Origin: Utricularia gibba
Taxonomy: Eukaryota; Plantae; Magnoliophyta
NCBI GenBank assembly: GCA_002189035.1
Contig: CM007992.1
Location: 3,720,001-3,784,000, forward strand
Length of the DNA stretch: 64,000 bases
Direction: 5' to 3'
Shown here: piece by piece, positions 27,440 through 39,915 of the stretch
Layout: every line of letters begins with the position of its first letter
How positions within the stretch are numbered: position 1 is the first letter of the stretch
Position numbers and translations under genes: made by a program
Notes under the pieces: generated by a model
The model's database searches: none
What the model saw: only the letters and a program-made list of their open reading frames with translations
What the model was told of the DNA's origin: nothing

Positions 27440-28191
27440 CTAGGCTTGCCGACCATCTCCGGGAACCGTCGTGAGGCGCGCCACCAAGGCACTCATCGCC
27501 CGGACCTACAATTTCCCCACGCCATACTGAGTTTCACGTCATATAATCCGCCGGTTACGAAAGAAAAAAAAAAAAAACAGAAAGGTGAATCTTCCTTCAT
27601 ATGCTAAGACAGAAAAATAGTGATTCGGGGGTGTACCTGCATTTCCAGGGCGGGTATGTAGTCGAGAGCCTCCTGCAACACCACCTGAACAGGCTGTTTC
27701 CGGCAACCGGGAATTAACCTTCCCAATGAACGCGCTTTGCACTGGAAAGCCGCTAAGCCCTTGGATTTCAGGCGAGGAACGCTTAACTTGGATTTCTTCA
27801 CCCACCGGGTGTTCCCGGTGGTGATTATCGTCATCCCTGTACGCTGTCTTTTCATATCATTTGTTTTCTTCATCAACTTCTTCCGCTTGAGGCGGTTGGT
27901 GAGGATGGCCCGGCTCCATCTCGAGCTGCCCTTGGCGGTGGTGGCCAGTGCTCTGTTAGCTGCATCGCGTACTCGACTCGTCTGCGGCGGTGACGCCCTC
28001 GGTTCGCTCAGCCTCACCTTTTGCAGCGCGTCAACCAATTTGGAGGAGTAGACTTGCTGCTGCGCATCGGATTTCCACTGCACAGCGGCGGAATTAGGAA
28101 GGGGACATTCGTTTTGGTTTCGCATCTTTTTGCTCCTCCCTTCCCTGGACGATGATCGACCGGCGGTAACCGATTGATCTTGCGGCATCAT
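27440..28191 (-). CDS. Atypical non-DNA-binding bHLH (AIF/bHLH147-149-like), 2 exons (28191-27637, 27505-27440)
   Basis: WKSDAQQQVYSSKL, AANRALATTAKG..RWSRAIL, LGRLIPGCRK, LEMQ|VRAMSAL across the splice junction. Confidence 0.88.
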
Positions 28192-29185
28192 CTTGCTGAG
28201 ACAATCAAAAGAAATCCGATCCGACTACGAAGGAGCTGAATCGATCAAAAAGGGAGTCATGAAGAGGGCGCAGGGCACTTGGTGGTGGTGGGGGGGATGA
28301 AGATTGATTGTGCGGGGGAGGAGGCCTTTAAAAGAGAATCGTGGAAGGCTGGCTGCTTGCTCGGCTCAGCTCAGCTCGGCTCACGAGCCGCCCCGCCACA
28401 TACATGAGAAGGTGCTTAAATCTTAAATGCAGGAGAGCCATGGAGCCGAAACCTGGTTAGGTTAATCAGATAAATAAATAAATAAATATATATTTACATC
28501 ATAATTATTCTTGAATGGAGAATGGATTGGATGCAGACGTGTACTTATTCAAGTAATTTACAAAAAAGTTGGTGCTGGGTCTCGGGCCATGTGGTTGGCA
28601 AGGTGCAGGGGGCCCACTCGCATGTGCGTTTTGGGCATACGTATAATTCCATTGTCTTTTCCAAAATATATATTTTCAACAGTATTTTTTAAAAAAGAAT
28701 ATTACTTTATTGGATACCAAGGTACTGCCACACATATTATCCCCAAACTTTGTGTTTTTAGCAAATCAAGGCTCCAAATTTGGTTCGGGGTAGGCAGTTC
28801 GATCTGTATGAATGATTTAGAAATTTGATAATATTGGATGGTCCTCAAATAAAACTATACGATAAAATATAATTTATGAACTATCGGTGGATACGAGTAA
28901 GAGAAATCACTGTATTACTAAGTTAATATGAATGGATAATTAATTCATTGCATGCTTTATAAAATTATATAGGGTAATTTCTCAAATTTTGTAAGTATAA
29001 ATAGATATATTTAGTTTTATTTAAAAAACATTTATTGATGAAAATATATATAATATGGAGGTTATTTGTTGACTTTTAGAATATCGATTGTTTTAATGTT
29101 TTTCGAATACTAAAAAATTGATTTTTTTTGGAATATAAAACTAGATTTATTTTTTTGATGACAAAAGGGCCCATCATTCTGGGCT

Positions 29186-29662
29186 TTATCCGACGGCCAA
29201 GATCTTGAGGAAGCAATCAAGGGTGACGCCGTCTTGTTCGTCAGCACCTTCTCCGCAAGCCAATGCGATCATGGCCTTGACATCCTCTTCATGGGCCTTA
29301 AACCCAGCCCAGCCCAAGTAAGTAATGAGATCCTGGACCCCAATTTTCCCATCTCCGTCCTTGTCCATCAGCCGAAACGCATCCTCCATCAACGCCTTCC
29401 TCGCCCTCCCCGCTGCTCTGCCGTTCACCACCGCCTCGAATTCCTCGTACTCGACGTACCCGTTCTTATTCGAATCCGCGGCCATTATCATCGAATCTAT
29501 CATGTCCTCCTTCTGCGGTCCATTCGAGAAACCACCGTAGAATGCGCGCAGATCGTCGTAGCTGATTCTCCGGTCGCCATCGCCGTCGAGGACATCGAAC
29601 GCAGAGCGAAGATTCGGTTGCTTCTCGAAGCTACGGCCTCCATGCGGCGTCGTTGGGCACAT
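29186..29662 (-). CDS. CP1-like EF-hand calcium-binding protein, intronless
   Basis: Likely start MCPT at 29662; EF loops DGDGDRRISYDD, DSNKNGYVEYEE, DKDGDGKIGVQD; fourth loop degenerate. Confidence 0.85.
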   Translation of the reverse strand: MCPTTPHGGRSFEKQPNLRSAFDVLDGDGDRRISYDDLRAFYGGFSNGPQKEDMIDSMIMAADSNKNGYVEYEEFEAVVNGRAAGRARKALMEDAFRLMDKDGDGKIGVQDLITYLGWAGFKAHEEDVKAMIALACGEGADEQDGVTLDCFLKILAVG

Positions 29663-30073
29663 TTTGGGCGAATTCAATTCACAGAAATTCCTTGGAATTC
29701 CTCTAAGGCAATGGTTTTTATAGAGGGTATTGATTGGCTGGTGCTTCTTCGCACTTTCCGCTGATGTATGCAGTGACATCATTCCCTCACGTGCCTATTA
29801 GGCACGCCAGGGTCTTCGTGTTCTCCCCTCCTCCTCGTAAATATTCTTTATTTTATGACTATTAATTTCAAATTGTGTACAGATTTGATTTTCAATATTT
29901 AATTACTTTCTAAATAAAAATGGACCTGGCCCAGTTAGAAGTAAGGCCCATTCTTTCTTTGTCCATACAAAGAATAAATGGGGCCGGCCCATTTTGAAGG
30001 CTGACGAACAGATTTCCCGCCTTCAACCTGGCTGTCCTTTTACAACGGGCGGCATTTCATCCTCCACGGAAAA

Positions 30074-33000
30074 ATGAGGTCTCCGAGGGACGGGATGCTC
30101 GAGGTCTTCTTCGATGGACACGAAGAGGCGTCTATGGAGATCGAAAAATCAAATCCTACTGAAGACGACAATGGAGATCCGTTTCTTAAGTTCATATTGT
30201 ACGCGAAATCGATTCTATCCACAGAAGAAGGTGATGCATACGACTGCGAGGATGCTGTAAGCTGTCCGAGTTGGAGCTGGATGTCAAATCGGATTCTGCG
30301 TACATGTGCGGCTTATTCGAGTGGCGTGACGCCTGCGATCCTTCTTTCCGAGCTTGCAATGGTACCCCGCAATTTACGATTTCGGAGAGCTTGTCATTTG
30401 TTAGATTACCAACTGAATCCTGTGTTCTACTGACTGAGCTTCATTATTTACTTTTTTATGAATAATCAAGGCTTGGAACGAGAAATGTAGAAGCGGGGAT
30501 CCAAAAAAACAGGCACACGATGTTTCCATCTCAAGGAAGAAAAGGAGAGAGAAATCTCCCAATACGGTTACTATTGATTCAGTTTATGAGAAGAAATTCT
30601 TGTCACTTAGTGGTGTGATTGAAGCAGTGATAATTGATGCGTTTACACTAACTGGTATGGTGTTTGTGTATTCATATGCAGGGCTTCGTTGTTAAGCCCA
30701 CAAATAATTTTGAAATAGTATCATTCTTCTACAGGAACTGACATCCACATGTTAAGCTTGGGAGACGCTTGGAGTTGCAATACCATAGATCTGTATCTTC
30801 ATAGAAGGTAAATGGAAACCACCCTTGTACATCCTATGGTTGATTATGTCTGAATGACTTGCTTGGGATGCAGATTTTATGATATTGTTGACCCGAGTAA
30901 TGGGATTCTGAAGAAGGGACGTGAGGTTGTCTTAACTGGTTGTCGTCTTCGAGTTACTGCAGGAAACTCCAGGAGAATTCGGCTCTTACCAACCGAGTAT
31001 TTTGTCATACTGTTGGATGAGGTAACTTTTCGCTTTTGTATTTATGTTTTTTAAACATTGAACATGGTTGAGTACAGAGAATGGCAGTCACCTTTTGATG
31101 CGCGGTCCCAAGTCCTAGTTCCATCTTTCCTTTTGTTACTGACAGTTTCTACCTTTTCGAGTCAGGAAGAAGATGATGATGCCATGCTTTTAGGAGCACA
31201 GTTTTGCTCCGATTCATTTTCTTCGATTTCGCTTGATGATGTGGCGTTTGGGGTATCATATGCACTGTATGCAAGGTATGATTCCCTCCAAATTCTCTTA
31301 CAACTAGCGTGGAAGAGTTGTGCATTTGGTATAAGTGCCACCCGGAGTACATGTGATATGTTCTCATTTGTATCTCAGGTGATAATCTGGTCTGTAATAA
31401 AATTTTCCACTTCTAAAAACTGGTGACAAAACCAGTTAGGAGCAACAACGAAATTTTTTTATACGCCCTTGTTTACAAACTTTTTCAACCGCAGAATTGA
31501 AAATATAGGAGCGTTGGAGGAGGTACATGCTAAATGCGGAGGCTTGCAGAGGAAACAAATTGCTCTTGTTGATAACAATGGTTCCAGATTAAAATTTCTA
31601 CTGTGGGGGGAGCAAGTACTGATTGCAAATCTTCTCAGGTGAATCACATTTTCTTCATAAGATAGCATGTTAAAAAATGGGAACACAACGCTTGTATCTC
31701 GTATATACCAATTACCATTGTTTCAGTTGGTGTTACGTTTATTCCTCTGGCTGATTCTAAAAGTTGAGGCTGTGTGTTAATGCAGCGTTGGAAGCATCCT
31801 CGCACTAGATTGCCCCTTCATTGCTAGTGCTAAAGATAGCTCTCTTGAAGCATGCGATGAAATTTGCCTAGAATATGGAAGTGTCACTAAGTTATATCTT
31901 GTCCCCCAGCACTGCACAGGGAACAAGTAAGACAAGAAAACCTTCAGGAATATGTCACTACTGTTACACATTTGTTAATTTCATTTACGACGAGAGTACG
32001 CTGTGGGTTCAGGTTTCCGTGGCATTGACTCAGAACCAATATCAAGCGTCAAGGCTGTTGAGAGCCACAGATCCGAGCCAGGGACACATGGTTTCCCAAG
32101 TGGAGTTACCTTGTGACTCTTATGGATCTATTGATTTCACCAACTACCCATTTCGGGTGAGCTGGTTCTATGACCTTGAAAAGTCCTTTTTTTTTTAAAA
32201 AAAAAGGATTGTTCACTGTAACAAGGATTTTAACCGTGTCTGGTTTGAAGTTCTGCAGTCTTATGTTTCTGATTTACACGACAAGATGACTGGTGTCAGT
32301 CTCTATGCTACTATTAGAGATATAAGAGCATCACGGGGAATGCTCTCGATAAGGATAGAAGATGAATCTGGAGCTACATGGGCAAAATTGCATCTTAGTG
32401 GGCATTGGTGAGTGTTTTCTGACAAAAGGCTTGTGCATTCACAAATACCATGACTATTTATTTGACGCGCTGAAGCTTCGTCAGGTCGTTGGGGAGACTA
32501 GACGTGGGCCACACTATCTTCATATCTGGTTTAAGCACTTCCCTCGCCTCAGACATGAGGTAACATCTTTTAAGTCATGTTAGAATACATAAGTATTCAA
32601 TTTTCTAAAAAAAGTATCATACGATCAATGCAGCATAGAGTTATCATGGTACGAGGACAACACCGGTTCTTCATTCTTCAATTTGAGTTGCTTGCCGGCT
32701 ATCCTCAACTCTCCTTGTCTTCACAGATTGTCTAGGCTTTGTGACCTATCCACCCACTCGATAGGTACAATGGTATGTTGCTCATGCAATAATCTTTCAT
32801 CCTTTTAATATCGAAGGCACCACTCATTAGTTCTTTGAAGCTTGTAGCACATTCTACACTCTTTTTAATTCTATTAATGTTTCATCATTTTAGGTATGCC
32901 GAGTATGTGTAGATCAGACTGAATGCTTTTATGTGGAAACGAGATTCATGCATGCCCTCTGCGGTCATCTGCTGGATGAATCCCCCCACGGTGACTTGGA

Positions 33001-33429
33001 ATGCAGATTTTGTGAATCCACTTGTGGTGCTGAAATCCAGCGTACCTTCAATGTAAGAATGACACTTTCGGACGACACGTCAAAGGTTGTTGTTAGATGT
33101 ATCGGTCAGACAGCTGCTGAGATGCTTCAAATATCCCCTCAGGAATTCCATGCTCTCTCTGAGGTAATGGACGAACCACCCCTTTGAACGATACAAAATT
33201 GCTGTCGCTTTTTTTATTCCGACCACGTAATAACCGTTCCGTCGGAATTGCGCAGGAAGAGCAGTGTATCTACCCTTCGTCACTTGGAACTGAAAATTAC
33301 ACCGTGGCTATAGTTAACCGCAGGAGACAGGACACTGGAAAGTTTTATGAGCAAGTCAGGATGACTGCGTCGAGTGGGAAGTCACTTGCGCCATCAAAGC
33401 CTGATTTTCCTACTGTAAATACGATATAA
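30074..33429 (+). CDS. Multi-OB-fold nucleic-acid-binding protein (CDC24-OB-like), about 13 exons; one apparent 1-nt deletion near 31903-31907
   Basis: DPFLKF, PSWSW, YSSGVTPAILLSEL, RLLPTEY..ILLDE, LLWGEQ, C-terminal H..CG...C..C Zn motif; start may be 30074 or 30096. Confidence 0.75.
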
Positions 33430-33609
33430 ATTTCCTTTTTATTTCGGGCAAGCTGGGGAAGCTTATCCGACAACGAGCGGATTAGATGTATCGAATCGAA
33501 TCCAACGGTGGGCGCCAGCGCCAAATGATCGATCATAAATGATGCTCAGTGTTGCTTTATTGAGGTGTCCTTCGTGGAATATCAGAAGGAAAGAGCGTAA
33601 ACCTGAAGA

Positions 33610-34334
33610 ATGGGAGATAGCCGGAGAGTGGGCGTGGCGGTGGATTTCTCGCCGTGTAGCAGAAAAGCTCTGGACTGGGCTTTGAATCATCTCGTCCGCG
33701 ACGGCGATCATCTGATCCTCGTCACCGTTCGCCCCGAGGGCGGTTACGAATCCGGCGAGCTTCAGCTCTGGGAAGCCACCGGCTCTCGTAATTTTTTACC
33801 GCTTTTGCGATGAATTTTTCTCCCCTACTTGGGCTGATATTAAATTCATTGGTTTTTCTGGAAGCTTTGATCCCTCTGTGCGAGTTGACCGACCCGCATG
33901 TGATGAAGAAATACGAGGTGGATGCTGATCCTGAAACCCTAGATATGCTTTCCACTGCTGCCCGGCAGAAAGAGGTACGTGCATCTGATGATCATGGATG
34001 AATTAGGAAACCGATTTCTTTTCTGGGTTTCTTACTGAATCAACAAGGAGCAGATCACTGTGATCATGAAGATCTTCTGGGGTGATCCTCGTGAAAAGTT
34101 GTGTGAATCAGTAGACGCTATTCCCCTCGACTGCCTCGTCGTTGGGAATCGAGGCCTCGGCAAGATCAAAAGGTCCCTCCCATTGATTAACATATTGCTT
34201 AATCAAGTGGATTGATTACTTTATAAACCTCCAAATCTCACTCACTCTGTAACAGGGCGATCATGGGGAGCGTGAGCAACTATGTGGTGAACAATGCCTC
34301 GTGCCCTGTGACCGTGGTCAAGAGCCACGACTGA
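33610..34334 (+). CDS. Universal stress protein A-like, 4 exons
   Basis: [51 protein letters not shown]. Confidence 0.92.
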
Positions 34335-34590
34335 ACCTCAAGCTTGATTCAGGCTGAACCTTCTTCTCTTCTTCTCTAACCCGTGTAGTGGCTGTTCTCG
34401 CGACAATAATGTATCTCACACTGCCAGCTATGGTTTGTTGTCCTCCTTAATGTCATCATTTTTTAGGACCCTACTTTTCATCCACAACGGTGATGGGTCG
34501 TCGGTGCACCATGAAAAGACAACCTTGGCTAACGCCCAGCAACTCCCTGAGATTGAAATGGGGGCTGAATCTGGTGCCAGGGTTCTTCAA

Positions 34591-34944
34591 TCAACAGCTC
34601 CTGAAGAAACGAATCATGGCTGCTGATGGGTATCCAGAGTTTCCTCCAGCATTTGCAGCCTCCTTTAAGCTCCTCCCCAGCTTCCTCAACTTCCCGTTCT
34701 CCAATTCCACGCCAGCGTATCTCCTCTTGATATCCTCGCACTTGGCATCGATTTCGCCGTTTTCGGCGCTGAAATGCACCACCTGATCATTCAGATCCTT
34801 TACGTATTGTTGCCTTTTCAACCTGGACCGTCGCGCGGATTCCCGGTTGGATAGCTTCCTTCTCTTCTTCTTCTTCTCATCCAACGTGATGGCTCCATGT
34901 CCGTAGACTTCGGAAGATATGGAGTTGCTTCCGAGCATCGCCAT
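34591..34944 (-). CDS. S1-group bZIP (bZIP1-like), C-terminal zipper apparently frameshifted
   Basis: DEKKKKRRKLSNRESARRSR basic region; intronless; heptad pattern continues in other frames after ENGKLRK. Confidence 0.8.
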   Translation of the reverse strand: MAMLGSNSISSEVYGHGAITLDEKKKKRRKLSNRESARRSRLKRQQYVKDLNDQVVHFSAENGEIDAKCEDIKRRYAGVELENGKLRKLGRSLKEAANAGGNSGYPSAAMIRFFRSC

Positions 34945-35057
34945 TGATAATTTCTGTGGGTAATTTCACTGTCACAACAGAAAGGTTGGAAAAACCAGCA
35001 GAAAGGTGATCAGGAAGAAGGGTGACAGACAAAGCAAGCGATCACCTTGGATGGAAA

Positions 35058-35260
35058 TCATGAGTACGATCGCAAATCCAAAGGAAACACCACAAACTTC
35101 TGCAAGCCTGAGGAGGATTCAAAATATGGAGGAAGATGAATGCCAATTGGCAGCGATAAATTCAGAGGAAGATTACGATAGCTCCCGGCTTCAAGAATGG
35201 ATAAGGTTTGAATAGACGTCAAAAGAGCAACATTCATCTTCATCATCATCATCTTCTTCT
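35058..35260 (-). other. Candidate degenerate SIRT-type uORF in the bZIP leader
   Basis: Upstream ORF ends LQKFVVFPLDLRSYS* with stop 113 nt before the bZIP ATG, partly resembling the conserved ..QSFSVVFLYW.Y..S* peptide. Confidence 0.4.
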
Positions 35261-35486
35261 TCCTCTTCAACCGCATGTGACCCTCACACTGAGTCTTCAC
35301 ATTCGAGTCACGAAGCAATAAAATACAATTATCAGTTATCACTGGAGTTGGGCAAAAACCACTCGAGTCGTAAAGAAATTGTCTTGTGCTTCTTTCCGGT
35401 AATTGCGGCCCGATCCCTGTAACATGGTGATATTTCCAAGTGGTCCTTCCAAGTGTTGCAGTAGGCTACTTCTAACGTTGTCCAGC

Positions 35487-35505
35487 TATATATATATATA
35501 TATAT
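35487..35505. repeat. (TA)n microsatellite between the divergent bZIP and AAE7 genes
   Basis: About 9 TA units. Confidence 0.9.
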
Positions 35506-35559
35506 CACTCACTTCTCTACAGCAACTAGGGAGAGGGAGTGCGAAGAAAATTTCAGGCG

Positions 35560-37960
35560 ATGGAGAGAGACATCGACGACCTGCCCAAGACATCGGCGAA
35601 CTACACCGCTTTGACGCCGCTCCACTTCTTGGACAGGGCGGCGCTCGTCCATCCCAATCGGAGCTCGCTAATCCACGGCTCTTTAACTTACACGTGGTCC
35701 CAAACATACCGAAGATGTCGCCAGCTGGCCTCTGCTCTCTCCATCCGCGGGATCACCTTCGGCGCCACGGTCAGGGGCTTTCATTTTTTCTGATTCTTGA
35801 ATCATATCTTGCTTCTTCGATTCTGGGTTACTGAATGATTTTCCATCTTGTTGGTAACGAATAAACGAGAGTACTGATTTTGTTTTATCTGCAAGGTTGC
35901 ATTTTCTTCTTTTATTTGGGTCGGCATGTGAGTTAAATTGAGAGTAGAACTTCTTCAGTTTTCCTTTTATCAGGAATTCAGCTTTTGCTAGGGCTGTTCA
36001 GTGCCGTCATGTTAATCAGCTGGCTGTAATGAAACGGAGAGTGCCTACTTCATTGAGGTTACTAGGCATAGTATGTACTGCGTAAGCCAAGGTTTCTTAT
36101 AGGTTTTTCCTTCAGTGAGTTTTTGGGTTTCTGCGATTTTTGAGTGTTGGGATGAATATCATGAAGAGTTACTTGGTCGTTTTCTGTATTTAATGAGACT
36201 GTGCAGCTGTTGTGAAAGGAGTAGAGAAGGTTTAACCTCACAGCTCTGTAAAGTTATGCTCTTTTCGGTGCGGAAGCTAGATGTATTACAAGCAGTAAAC
36301 AGAAAAATGACACCTTCGTGTTTAATCTGAAGTTGCTGCTATGTACGCAGTTTCACAATGGCGTTTTAGTTTTATTGCTGTAAGTGCAGGTAGCTGTGAT
36401 TGCACCAAATGTCCCAGCCATGTACGAGGCTCACTTCGGGGTTCCAATGTCCGGTGCAGTGATAAACGCAGTGAACGTTCGTCTGAATGCACCAACTATT
36501 GCTTTTCTGCTCGGTCACTCCCACGCAGCTGCTGTCATGGTAGACCAAGAGTTCTACACGTTGGCAGAGGAAGCTCTGAAGATATGGGCAGATGCTAGTG
36601 GGACGAACTTCAAGATGCCCATTCTGATAGTAATTGGGGATGAAAACTGCGATCCAAAGCCTTTTCATCATGCACTATCAAAAGGGGCAGTCGACTATGA
36701 GAAGTTTCTGGAAACTGGTGACCCTGCGTTTGCTTGGAAACCACCGGAAGATGAGTGGCAGAGCATAGCTTTAGGTTATACTTCGGGCACGACGGCTAGT
36801 CCTAAGGGAGTAGTTTTACACCACAGAGGGGCATATCTGATGTCTTTAAGTAATGCCATTGTATGGCAAATAAGGGAAGGAGACGTTTACCTGTGGACAC
36901 TGCCAATGTTCCATTGCAATGGATGGTGCTTCACTTGGACCGTTGCAGCTCTTTGTGGCACTAATGTCTGTCTACGACAGGTAAAAGCTACACGAATATG
37001 CTGTCCGCTGATTCCATCTTTTCCTTTTTTTGTAGCTGTGAACATGATCCTCACTTTGTTTAGGTTACTGCTAAAGGCGTATACTCAGCCATAGCCAACC
37101 TCGGGGTGACGCATTTTTGCGCTGCTCCGGTGGTGCTCAACTCGATTGTCAATGCTTCAAAGGAGGACAGGATCCTCCCCCTTCCTCGTGTCGTTCATGT
37201 GATGACAGCCGGTGCAGCACCGCCGCCTTCAGTTCTATTTGCAATGTCGCAACAAGGCTTTCGGGTTACTCACACCTATGGCCTCTCTGAGACATTTGGC
37301 CCCTCCACGATATGCGCATGGAAGCCGGAGTGGGACTCACTTCCACCAAAAGAACAAGCCCTGAAGAATGCTCGCCAAGGAGTCCGATACGTGGCTCTTG
37401 AGGGCTTGGACGTTGTTCATACTCAGAACATGAAACCAGTGCCAGCTGATGGGAAAACAGTTGGAGAAATCGTGTTCAGAGGCAATGCTGTGATGAAGGG
37501 GTACCTCAAGAACCCGACAGCGAATGAGGAAGCTTTCGCTGGAGGATGGTTCCACTCTGGGGATCTCGCTGTAAAGCATCCAGATGGATACATCGAGATC
37601 AAGGACAGGTCTAAAGATATCATAATATCCGGAGGCGAGAACATCAGCAGCGTGGAGGTGGAGAACCTCTTGTATCATCATCCCGCGATTCTAGAGGTCT
37701 CTGTAGTTTCCCGGCCGGACGAACAGTGGGGCGAGTCGCCATGTGCGTTCGTGACCCTGAAACCAGAGGTTGACACTTCCGATCCGCAGCGCGTGATCGA
37801 AGACATAACGAGCTTCAGCAGAGCAAACATGCCAGCATATTGGGTGCCCAAATCGATCGTCTTCGGACCACTGCCTAAAACAGCCACCGGGAAGATACAG
37901 AAGCATTTGCTGAGGACGAAGGCTAAACAAATGGGACCGCTGACGAAGAGCCGCCTCTAA
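35560..37960 (+). CDS. AAE7: Peroxisomal acetate/butyrate-CoA ligase AAE7/ACN1-like, 3 exons
   Basis: MERDIDDLPK..ANYTALTPL, YTSGTTASPKG AMP-binding motif, GWFHSGD, DRSKDIIISGGENISS, PKTATGKIQK, PTS1 SRL*. Confidence 0.93.
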
Positions 37961-38886
37961 AGGGCAAGCTCTGTCCTCATTCATCTTAATCTTCCAGGTA
38001 AGCCAGCGCTATCATCAATCTCCCTTTTAGCAAGCGAATAATTGGTTCTCTGTATTATATCCGAATATCCACATGCATGTGGCTGTTGGCATCATTATTT
38101 ATCAATTACTTCAGAATCTGAAACGTGTTACAAAAAAACAATGGTATATTGCCGATAACGTGTTCGTTATCCATCTCAGTAATTCAAGGTAATTTCAGAA
38201 TTCACGATCCGCAGAAGAAGGCTTCTCATGTACAGTTTTCCGGGAAGGACCTCCAGATTCTGCAGAGGGCCTGTTTTCGTCGCCACTTGGTTTCTGCAAC
38301 TCCTCGCAATTTGACATCTTTTGATGCCGCCAGACATCGAAGTGGCGAGTGTAGGGAGGGGACAGGGATGGATCACAGACGGTGATGGTGTTCCCCAGAA
38401 CCAGAGACGAACGTCTCATCATTCCGTTCTCGACTCTCGACCATCAGACAGAGTGGGGGTTTCCCCAAGATCAATTTTTTAGTGCATGAAGGTAACCAGT
38501 AGTCCATCATCAGCCATACGGAGTCTACAAAAGTACGGATGGATTCCCTATGTGAAAGTCAAACAGGGCCTCCTGGAGGAGGAGGTTAGAAACAAATTGG
38601 GGACTGACCAAGTACCTACTATTCACACCTCTCCCTTCTCTCTATCCCAACTCCCACCTCCCAAGATGCATATCTAATTAATACACCCTGTCTATCATAC
38701 GCATTGTAAATATCTACGGCCCTGCTCTTCCTTCATTTCCCCTCCTTCTCTCTCTCTTTTGGTAAGGTAAGGAGCATGGGGTAACGGGTATGTTTCCTTT
38801 TTCTCTTCTTCCTTGTTTTGTCTTTGAATTTCCTCTTCGTTTCCCTGGTTTCTGGTATACGCCCAGAAGCGGCAATCGCGTATCTG

Positions 38887-39915
38887 ATGGAGGAGACCAA
38901 CGGAGTCCCTGCTGCTCAACTCCCACAGGTGATCTTTTCTTCCCTCCCCCTTCCGCAAGAACAATCGCGTAATCTGAGAATATACGTAGTTTGTGTCTCT
39001 GTTTTTACGAAGGCGGAATTATGATATGCTACGTGGTTGATTTCAAGTCGTCGGTGGCTTTTACAATCTCCCCCAGCTCCGGGGGGGGATATTATATTTG
39101 TTTTACTTGAGAAAAAAAAATATTCTGGAGATGTTTTCAGTACTAGGAGGGGTACGAATATGCCGCCGGGGATGCGATTTCCTTTTCTTCTTCTTTTTTT
39201 CTCTGCATATTAATAAAAGAAAAACGAGAAGGGTCGCCCGCCGTCGGTGGCACGGCGTCAGTGCTCTCCCTCGCCCACCCCGGCTTTTACTTAAGGGTAG
39301 TGTAGCAATAGCCTGTATAGCAGCGTGGTTCTTCCAGAGCCCGGTTTAAACAAAGAAGGGGGGGTTGCACTTCACAGGTTGCTCCGCCGCCGACCAGCTG
39401 CAACAGATACGGCGACCTGGTGCCCAGGAAGAAGCCTCTCATTTCTAAGGCAAGCCTACCGCTGTTGGCAATCAGTCCTTTTCACCTTCATTGTATTTTT
39501 TTTTCCTTAATTTGTCATTTTCCGACCCAATCAGCCTTCTGACCTCTTAAATTAAATACGTTTTAAAACGTGTTTCTCGAGATGAATTCTGGTGTTTCCA
39601 CCGCAGGACACGGGGAGGGCGTTTTTCGACTCCGCCGACTGGGCACTCTGCAAGGTAATTGCTTCAGATTTTAACCCGCCCGCTCCTCGTTTCAATTGTA
39701 TGAAATTCACCATGATCGATCATCAGCAAGGAGCGAGGATTGAATCGCCCATGGACATCGAGACGCTGCGCCCTAAATTACAGGTACGGGCTCCCGGCTA
39801 CCTCCTGTTGCTGAGTGAGGCGTGGCGATGAAGTCGTGCATAATACCTTGTTTTGCAGAGAACTCCCCATCAGCAGCTGCCACCTCGGCGACCGGCGTGC
39901 ACTTCCTCGCCTTGA
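38887..39915 (+). CDS. Endosulfine/cAMP-regulated phosphoprotein 19-related protein, 5 exons
   Basis: MEETNGVPAAQLPQ|VAPPPTSCNRYGDLVPRKKPLISK|DTGRAFFDSADWALCK|QG..LRPKLQ|RTPHQQLPPRRPAC; GC donor at 39450. Confidence 0.85.

Noticed and set aside
29663-29782. 40-aa N-terminal extension of the EF-hand ORF
   Set aside because: Family similarity starts at MCP (29662); the upstream part looks like 5' UTR
38125-38680. Several short ORFs between AAE7 and the endosulfine-like gene
   Set aside because: No recognisable motif or consistent exon chain on either strand
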